Shown here: positions 57,618-64,000 of the stretch, in pieces
Layout of the letters: every line of letters begins with the position of its first letter
Position numbering within the stretch: position 1 is the first letter of the stretch
Assembly (NCBI GenBank): GCA_016839765.1
Contig: JAEOTP010000043.1
Span: 96,001-160,000, forward strand
Source of the DNA: Promethearchaeota archaeon
GTDB taxonomy: Archaea > Asgardarchaeota > Lokiarchaeia > Sigyniarchaeales > SOKP01
DNA length: 64,000 bases
Direction: 5' to 3'
Notes under the pieces: generated by a model
Seen by the model: only the letters and a program-made list of their open reading frames with translations
Databases searched by the model: none
Told to the model about the DNA's origin: nothing
Position numbers and translations under genes: made by a program

Positions 57618-58491
57618 TCTTTATGCTAGCAAGCAAGAAAGCTATTAACCCTAAAAATGCCCCAATTTTTAGAAGTAAACTAATTTTTTTGAAGCTCTCT
57701 TTAGTTAGTTTAGAAGAAATCATTAGTAGTACAGCATATCCCACATCAACTAATCCAAAAATTATTGAAATCAAAAACAAAATGGGATTAATAATTGGAG
57801 TAAAATATGGCAGAATAAAAAATATTATTGCAGTGAGTGAAAAAACAACAGCAATTATTGCAGATTTTTTAAGACCAATTCTAATTGCCAAGGTTTTGAC
57901 GTTTTGCTCTTTATCTCCTTCAATATCTTCACATCCTTTTATGACTTCGCGTGATAGGAGTAAAAAAAATGAAGTTATAAAGAAGTAATAAATGTAAGGG
58001 GGAATAATTGAATTATTTAATATAGCTCCATAAATTAATCCAATAGAGAAAGAAATACTAACGATAATGTTTCCAAGAAAACCGCTTTTCTTTCCCCATT
58101 TTGCATAGACCCATCCAATAAATCCAAAGAATACAGCAAGGATGATATTTAGAAATCCAATATTAAAGAAAAAACTATGAAAGATAGCTAATCCTACACC
58201 TATTCCATAAGTCGTTAAAAAAATTATTTTTGCTTGCTTTATAGTAATTCTCCCGCTTGGAATTGGCCTTTCTGGACGATTTATTTTATCTATTTCAAGA
58301 TCATATATATCGTTAATAACCATCCCTGAGCCAGCAACAAAAAAGTAAGTGATTACTCCAAGAATTATATTTATTATAACAAGATAAGCTGATATATTAG
58401 TTCTTGTATTTAATATACCAATTATAACCGTTAAACTTCCCATAATATCATTTATTGGGCGGAGTATTTCAATTATATCCTTGATTTTCAT
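57610..58491 (-). CDS. Digeranylgeranylglyceryl phosphate synthase (UbiA family)
   Basis: INDIYDLEIDKINRPERPIPSG; REVIKGCEDIEGD. Confidence 0.9.
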   Translation of the reverse strand: MKIKDIIEILRPINDIMGSLTVIIGILNTRTNISAYLVIINIILGVITYFFVAGSGMVINDIYDLEIDKINRPERPIPSGRITIKQAKIIFLTTYGIGVGLAIFHSFFFNIGFLNIILAVFFGFIGWVYAKWGKKSGFLGNIIVSISFSIGLIYGAILNNSIIPPYIYYFFITSFFLLLSREVIKGCEDIEGDKEQNVKTLAIRIGLKKSAIIAVVFSLTAIIFFILPYFTPIINPILFLISIIFGLVDVGYAVLLMISSKLTKESFKKISLLLKIGAFLGLIAFLLASIKIS

Positions 58492-58514
58492 TCCAGGTAT
58501 AACCTTCTTAAAAT

Positions 58515-59342
58515 TTATTTTAATGGGTAACTCTTTTTACAGTTTTTAGCTGTATCCTTAATCTCATCGATTATAGTTTTTAATGAAGAACCATTATCTT
58601 TTAAAATATGGTTCTCTAAATATGTACCCATTACTATGATGCCCGCTCCTGCTTCAACAAAATCTCTAGCAACATCTTCAGTAGTAACTCCTCCTCCCGC
58701 CATGATAGGAATATTTAACATATTAGAACAGAGACGAATAGTTTCTGAAGGTATTCTTTCACATCCAGAACCAGCTTCTAAATAGAGTAATTTAAAGCCT
58801 ATCATTTCTGCTGCTAAGGCGTAAGCTGCTGTTAACTTTGGTTTATTTCTGGGAAGCAATTTAGCTCTTCCAATCCATCCAGCAGTTCCTCCAGGTTCAA
58901 TTATTAAATAAGCAGTTGAGATAGGTTCAATATTTAATACCCTAATTGTATAGGAAGCAAGTGCTTGACTTCCAATAATATTATTTGGATCCTCAGAATT
59001 TAAAAGAGACATAAACAAAATAGCATCTGCTTCTTTAGAGATATTACTTATTCCACCAGGAAATAAAATTATTGGTAAGTCGATTTTTTCTTTTATTGCA
59101 ATAATTGTATCATCAACAAAACGCTGATCAAAAACAGTACTTCCTCCAATGAGAATTGCGTCAGTACCTGCTTCGTGAGCACATTCTGCCATTTTAGCTG
59201 CTTTTTTTGGATGTTGTTTAACTGGATCAGGATCAATTAAAGAAAAGTGTAAAGCACCTTCTTTATTGATTTTATTTATAAGATGTTCATAGGTGCTCAT
59301 CTCTAAAGATTTACTTGTCAAAATATCAGCCATATAATTCAC
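58515..59342 (-). CDS. Geranylgeranylglyceryl phosphate synthase
   Basis: LIDPD, ILIGGS, ILFPG, FMSLLNS, LYLEAGSG, GGG. Confidence 0.93.
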   Translation of the reverse strand: MNYMADILTSKSLEMSTYEHLINKINKEGALHFSLIDPDPVKQHPKKAAKMAECAHEAGTDAILIGGSTVFDQRFVDDTIIAIKEKIDLPIILFPGGISNISKEADAILFMSLLNSEDPNNIIGSQALASYTIRVLNIEPISTAYLIIEPGGTAGWIGRAKLLPRNKPKLTAAYALAAEMIGFKLLYLEAGSGCERIPSETIRLCSNMLNIPIMAGGGVTTEDVARDFVEAGAGIIVMGTYLENHILKDNGSSLKTIIDEIKDTAKNCKKSYPLK

Positions 59343-59352
59343 TTTTTAATAA

Positions 59353-60747
59353 TTAATTTACTTTTTTAGTATTTATTAACATTTTTCTAATTTTATCATA
59401 AACTTGAGTTACTTTATTTTTCCATTCTTCAAATTCATGAATATTTTTAGGAAAGTTCCTATACAACTTTGAAATTTCTTTCATTCTAATTCTTAAATAA
59501 TTTAAATCTAACAATAAATTAGGTTGAGCGATTCCTTTAATCGCTTTATTAACCATATTTAAGAGTGATAAATTCAAACCTCCAGTTGATGAGATTTCTA
59601 ATATTTCTTCCCCACTTAATAAATCTTTTTCTAAGCCAAAATTTAATTCAGCATTAGTCATAACTTGTAAAGTCATTCTAAGTAAATCCAATGCAGCAAA
59701 TTCTGCTCCAAAGCTAGTCATAACCTTATGATTATAATCCCACAGAGAATTAATAGTGAGATCCCCGTTTTCAATAGCGTTTATAGCAGTTTTTGCAGCA
59801 AATAAGCCAGCCCTCATTGAGGGATCTATGCCCCCGCCATGCAATGGATTAACTTGGCAAGCAGCATCTCCTATAATTAGTATCCCATTAGCTGTGCAAG
59901 ACCAAAGCGGCCTTCTTACAGGCACTAGACCTCCTCCAGAAGAGATTATATCATAATTCGATGTTAATATGAATTGATTGAAAACATTTTTCTTATAATA
60001 CTCCTTTATTTCACTTTTGTATTCAGGAAAGGTGCCTATACCTATATTTACAGAAGATTCATTTTTTGGAAAATACCAGATATAACCACCAGGAGCTTTT
60101 TCTTGATCTAAGATGATTGAAATGTACTCTGGATCTTGAACTTGAAGATTTTGAGGTGAAAATTTAACTATTTCTCGGAAGCATAAAATTGTATCTTCAC
60201 GAGAAATTGTTTTTTCGATTAATTCGCTGTTTATTTTTTTCCTTAAAGGTGAATAAAAACCAGATGCATCAATTAGGATTTTAGATTTTAATTCTGTCTT
60301 TTCTCCATTTTTTAATTTAACTATTACACCAGATACAGTATCTTGTTTATATAATAAATCTAAAGCCATTGTCTTATCTAGAAATTGCTTTACTCCCGCA
60401 TCCAATGCTTCATTTAGGAGTCTTTGTCCAAATTCCAGTCTATTCACAATATAACCTGCTTGTTTTGGATCAAATAAATCAATACATTTTTTTAAATTAG
60501 GTGAATACAATTTAGCCCCCTTGATATGACAAGAAAGCTCTTTTCCTCGTGGGGCATTTATTTTAAGGAATTCAAATACTTCAGTCCCTACAGCATCCCC
60601 GCATATCTTATCGCCGACTTTATCTTTTTCTTTACTATCAAGGAGACAAACCTCTAATCCTTTTTTAGCAGCAAATCTAGCTGCTGTAGCACCTCCAGTT
60701 CCAGATCCAACAACGATTATATCAAAAAATTTTTTAATTGGTTCCAT
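59353..60747 (-). CDS. Geranylgeranyl reductase family (DGGGPL reductase)
   Basis: GSGTGG, KICGDA, PGGYIWYFPK, IGDAACQVNPLHGGGI. Confidence 0.92.
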   Translation of the reverse strand: MEPIKKFFDIIVVGSGTGGATAARFAAKKGLEVCLLDSKEKDKVGDKICGDAVGTEVFEFLKINAPRGKELSCHIKGAKLYSPNLKKCIDLFDPKQAGYIVNRLEFGQRLLNEALDAGVKQFLDKTMALDLLYKQDTVSGVIVKLKNGEKTELKSKILIDASGFYSPLRKKINSELIEKTISREDTILCFREIVKFSPQNLQVQDPEYISIILDQEKAPGGYIWYFPKNESSVNIGIGTFPEYKSEIKEYYKKNVFNQFILTSNYDIISSGGGLVPVRRPLWSCTANGILIIGDAACQVNPLHGGGIDPSMRAGLFAAKTAINAIENGDLTINSLWDYNHKVMTSFGAEFAALDLLRMTLQVMTNAELNFGLEKDLLSGEEILEISSTGGLNLSLLNMVNKAIKGIAQPNLLLDLNYLRIRMKEISKLYRNFPKNIHEFEEWKNKVTQVYDKIRKMLINTKKVN

Positions 60748-60800
60748 TATACGTGAATATTTGTTATTTGGGTTATATGAAATAAAAAGAATAATTTGAA

Positions 60801-61550
60801 TTATATTAAAGTTAAGAGAAATATGATTAAAGTTGTTAAAATCGGTACTGTTAAATCATCCCAGGTACTTGGAGAAAAAAGTTCAATTATAGTTGCTAAT
60901 GCACTAGTAATTAATGATAATATTAAAGCAGACTCGATGGGAATATGTACTTGAGTTATTGGATTTGTAACCCCTAGTACCGTAAAAGCAATAAAGCATA
61001 TGATGAAACCGCTTACAAAAAAGGTTAAAGAGCCTTCTAAAGTTCTGGTAGAATTTATCCATGGTATTTTTATTTTTATCTTTCCAAATCTTTTTCCTAT
61101 TATAGAAGCAAGGGTGTCAGAAATTATCATTAACATTATCCCTGCAATTGGGAAATAAAGCTGATTAGGGGCAAAAATAACGAAAGACATTATTAATATT
61201 AAAATAGATAGACAATAATGAAATGGTCCTTGAAGATAACCCACTTTTTCTTCTGCTTCTTCTCCAATTGAATCGTATAATTCTTTTAATTGTTTAATTT
61301 TAGATTTTTTTGAACTTAATAATACCAAAACGGTAAGAGTACCCGCAATTATAACTGGCCACCATTTCCAATTAAAATAAGGACTTGAAAACACAGATAA
61401 TCCGGCAAATAAGTGTACTGCCTTTCGAGCATGAAATTTTGAAATTTTTTCTCTTTTTTTTAATTGAACAGGTAAAAGAATAGTAGCAAATATATAGAGA
61501 TAAGTTATTAATACAATCAGTAAATCGAATAAATAATCCATTGAAATCAA
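60801..61550 (-). CDS. Phytol/dolichol kinase-like CTP-dependent membrane kinase (VTE5/SEC59/DGK1 family)
   Basis: ARKAVHLFAG, GPFHY, SDTLASIIGKRFG, RTLEGS, DDLTVP. Confidence 0.88.
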   Translation of the reverse strand: MISMDYLFDLLIVLITYLYIFATILLPVQLKKREKISKFHARKAVHLFAGLSVFSSPYFNWKWWPVIIAGTLTVLVLLSSKKSKIKQLKELYDSIGEEAEEKVGYLQGPFHYCLSILILIMSFVIFAPNQLYFPIAGIMLMIISDTLASIIGKRFGKIKIKIPWINSTRTLEGSLTFFVSGFIICFIAFTVLGVTNPITQVHIPIESALILSLITSALATIIELFSPSTWDDLTVPILTTLIIFLLTLI

Positions 61551-61815
61551 GGAGATTTTTAATTATTATTTTAATTATGCCAGAGAAAATTTTATTTTTT
61601 AAAAATAAAATCCCACTAACTATAATATTAAGTGTTACAATTATGATGAGAATAAAAACCTAACTAATAAAGGGAGAAATCAATACACTACCAATTAAAT
61701 TTTACCAATTTAACCGATAAATATATCTTTTTAATTCCAAATTATTTCTTTTCTTCAATAAATATTAATTTCTTTGAAATATTTTGAAGAATTATAACTT
61801 TTCGAGGAATTATTA

Positions 61816-63852
61816 ATGGTTGAAGAGATTTCAGAGGAAGAATTGAAAAAACTTCCTTTTATGAACTCTAATCTTGATTTAGAAGAGAGAGTAGATGATT
61901 TATTGCAAAGATTAACCATTGAAGAGAAATTTAAACTCTGTTCAGGAACTCGTGGATTTGAAACAAGGAAAATTAACAGTTTGGGGATTAAGCCTTTTAA
62001 AATGACTGATGGGCCTCATGGTATCGCTTTTGATAGTTCAATTGGTAAATTAGGAACATATTTTCCAACAGCAATTTGTAGATCTGCTACTTGGAATCCT
62101 GAGTTATCACGTAAGTTTGGTATAGCTTTAGCAGAAGAAGTAAGAGATATCGGGTATCATATGCTTTTAGGGCCTGGAATTAATATCATTAGAACACCCT
62201 TATGTGGGAGAAATTTTGAATATCAAACAGAAGACCCCTTTTTGAATATTAAGATGGCGATACCTGTTGTAAAGGGGATTCAAAGTCAGAAGATTGCTGC
62301 CTGTGCAAAACATTACATATGTAATAATCAAGAAACAAATAGACTAAGAGTTAGTTCAGAAATAAGTGAAAGAGCACTCCAAGAAATATATCTTCCAGCA
62401 TTCAAAGCAGTTGTGAAGGAAGGAGAAGTTTGGTCTGTCATGTCTTGTTATAACAAAATAAATGGAATATATGGTAGTGAAAATAAGGACCTTCTAAGAG
62501 AAAGATTGATGGAAGATTGGGGTTTTCTTGGTTTTGTAGTTTCTGATTGGGAAGCTACAACGTATATTAATAAGACAGAAGATTGTGTTAATGCGGGTTT
62601 AAGCCTTGAAATGCCAATAGCTCGTAGATACAGAAGAAAGAGGCTCAATAATGCATTAACTGTTGGTAAAATTAGCGAAAAAACAATCAATAGCAATTTA
62701 AAGAGATTATTACGGGTTATGTTTTTTACGGGGTTGTTTGATAATGAAGATTCATTGCCTTCAGGAAGTCGAAATTCTAGAGAACATCAAGATATTGCGC
62801 GAAAAATAGCTGAGGAAGGAATAGTTCTTCTTAAAAATGATAATAATTTACTTCCTCTCAACTTAGGCAAACTTAAAACAATAGCAATACTTGGTCCTAA
62901 TGTTGATAAGAAAATGGCATATGGTGGTGGTAGTTCAGGAATACAGTGCCCTTATGAAATCACTCCACTTCAAGGAATAAAAGAAATTTGTAAGGAAAAA
63001 GTTGAAATAAATAGTTCTCCGGCAGATGCGAATCTTGCTATTATAGTGGCTGGTTTTAACCATGAGCGAGGAATGGATTCTGAATTTGTGGATAGAAAAT
63101 TGTTTAATTTACCAGAAGATCAAATAAGATTAATAAATAAGGTTACGGATGAAAATTCTAATACGATAGTAATTTTGATCAATGGAGGACCTATAGGAAT
63201 GGAAGATTGGATTGATAAAGTCCCAGTACTAGTAGAGGCATGGTATCCCGGTATGGAAGGTGGGCGTGCTATAGCAAATATCATTTTTGGTGATGTAAAT
63301 CCTTCTGGTAAATTACCTGTTAGTTTTCCAAAAAAACTTACAGATTCCCCAGCCCATAAATCTTCAAAAACTTACCCCGGTAATGATAAGGTATATTATG
63401 ATGAAGGAATTTTTGTGGGATATCGTTATTTTGATAAGTATAATATTGAGCCTCTTTTTCCATTTGGCTATGGATTATCTTATACTGAATTTATTTATGA
63501 AAGCCTTAAAATAGATAAACTCAAATTTGCAAAGGGGGAAAGAATAAATATTTCTATAGATATTATAAATTCTGGTGGCTATTTTGGTGCAGAAATTGTC
63601 CAATTATATATTCAAGATATTGAATCCAGTGTAGAACGTCCAATTAAAGAGTTAAAGGGTTTTAAGAAAGTGAATTTAAGACCCAATGAGAAAAGTACCT
63701 TAAGATTTGAATTAAGTGAAGAAGATTTTGCATTTTTCGATGAGAGAATTAATTCTTGGATAATAGAAAAGGGTCTTTTTAATATTTTAATAGGAAGTTC
63801 GTCAAGAGATATTAGATTACAAGCTCAAGTTGAATATATAAGTACTGAATAA
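61816..63852 (+). CDS. Glycoside hydrolase family 3 beta-glucosidase with an Fn3-like domain
   Basis: TDGPHG, GRNFEYQTEDP, KHY, VVSDW, AWYPG, PFGYGLSYT. Confidence 0.95.
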   Translation: MVEEISEEELKKLPFMNSNLDLEERVDDLLQRLTIEEKFKLCSGTRGFETRKINSLGIKPFKMTDGPHGIAFDSSIGKLGTYFPTAICRSATWNPELSRKFGIALAEEVRDIGYHMLLGPGINIIRTPLCGRNFEYQTEDPFLNIKMAIPVVKGIQSQKIAACAKHYICNNQETNRLRVSSEISERALQEIYLPAFKAVVKEGEVWSVMSCYNKINGIYGSENKDLLRERLMEDWGFLGFVVSDWEATTYINKTEDCVNAGLSLEMPIARRYRRKRLNNALTVGKISEKTINSNLKRLLRVMFFTGLFDNEDSLPSGSRNSREHQDIARKIAEEGIVLLKNDNNLLPLNLGKLKTIAILGPNVDKKMAYGGGSSGIQCPYEITPLQGIKEICKEKVEINSSPADANLAIIVAGFNHERGMDSEFVDRKLFNLPEDQIRLINKVTDENSNTIVILINGGPIGMEDWIDKVPVLVEAWYPGMEGGRAIANIIFGDVNPSGKLPVSFPKKLTDSPAHKSSKTYPGNDKVYYDEGIFVGYRYFDKYNIEPLFPFGYGLSYTEFIYESLKIDKLKFAKGERINISIDIINSGGYFGAEIVQLYIQDIESSVERPIKELKGFKKVNLRPNEKSTLRFELSEEDFAFFDERINSWIIEKGLFNILIGSSSRDIRLQAQVEYISTE

Positions 63853-63938
63853 TTGTTTTTGTTTTTTATTGTAAAAATTAATTTTTTATCGGTCAAAATC
63901 TATTATCACATGTTAAAAGAAAAAAATCTAACACAATT

Positions 63939-64000
63939 ATGAAACCCTTTTCATTATTGATTAAACCTGCCTCTGCTGATTGTAATTTAAGGTGTGATTA
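63939..64000 (+). CDS. N-terminus of an anaerobic sulfatase maturase-like radical SAM protein (runs off the window)
   Basis: MKPFSLLIKPASADCNLRCD..., the start of CxxxCxxC. Confidence 0.75.
   Translation, partial: MKPFSLLIKPASADCNLRCD

Noticed and set aside
1006-62696. Many short track ORFs antisense to or nested in long genes (e.g. 15593-15949, 23705-24142, 41770-42126, 57623-57988, 62448-62696)
   Set aside because: They overlap well-supported genes on the opposite strand or in another frame and show no motifs

Overview
AT-rich, gene-dense chromosomal window, most likely from an Asgard archaeon of the Lokiarchaeia/Promethearchaeia type. This assignment is inferred from two Rab-like small GTPases, eukaryote-like ubiquitin machinery, archaeal AlaRS/DtdA/FtsZ and ether-lipid genes. 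No rRNA, tRNA, CRISPR array or transposase was recognised. In order, the window holds: a thiol-redox cluster (glutaredoxin, FTR, two CCG Fe-S proteins, two PDOs, TrxR); a ZIP/DtxR metal operon; alaS; ftsZ; a ubiquitin-like conjugation locus (28.6-36.5 kb); a methanopterin/F420 cofactor supercluster; a PadR/HAAS membrane module; an orphan adenine methyltransferase; an ether-lipid operon; and a GH3 glycosidase. The ubiquitin-like locus is the standout. It encodes two paralogous modifiers with acidic, repeat-containing SUMO-like N-terminal tails ending in -STAG, a membrane-anchored non-conjugatable UBL paralogue, a Uba2/Uba3-like E1, a very basic E2, an Rpn11/CSN5-like JAMM protease and a multi-pass membrane RING E3. 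It also has a wHTH regulator bracketed by a perfect 25-bp motif, and a coiled-coil protein that shares a K-x-K-T-P motif with the modifier tails (candidate substrate). Other observations: three genes whose family-typical N-termini require non-AUG (ATT/ATC/CTG) initiation, a Nudix gene split at an A_AAA_AAG slippery site, and several small ORFs missed by the track. All product calls come from motif recognition by eye; no database searches were run.
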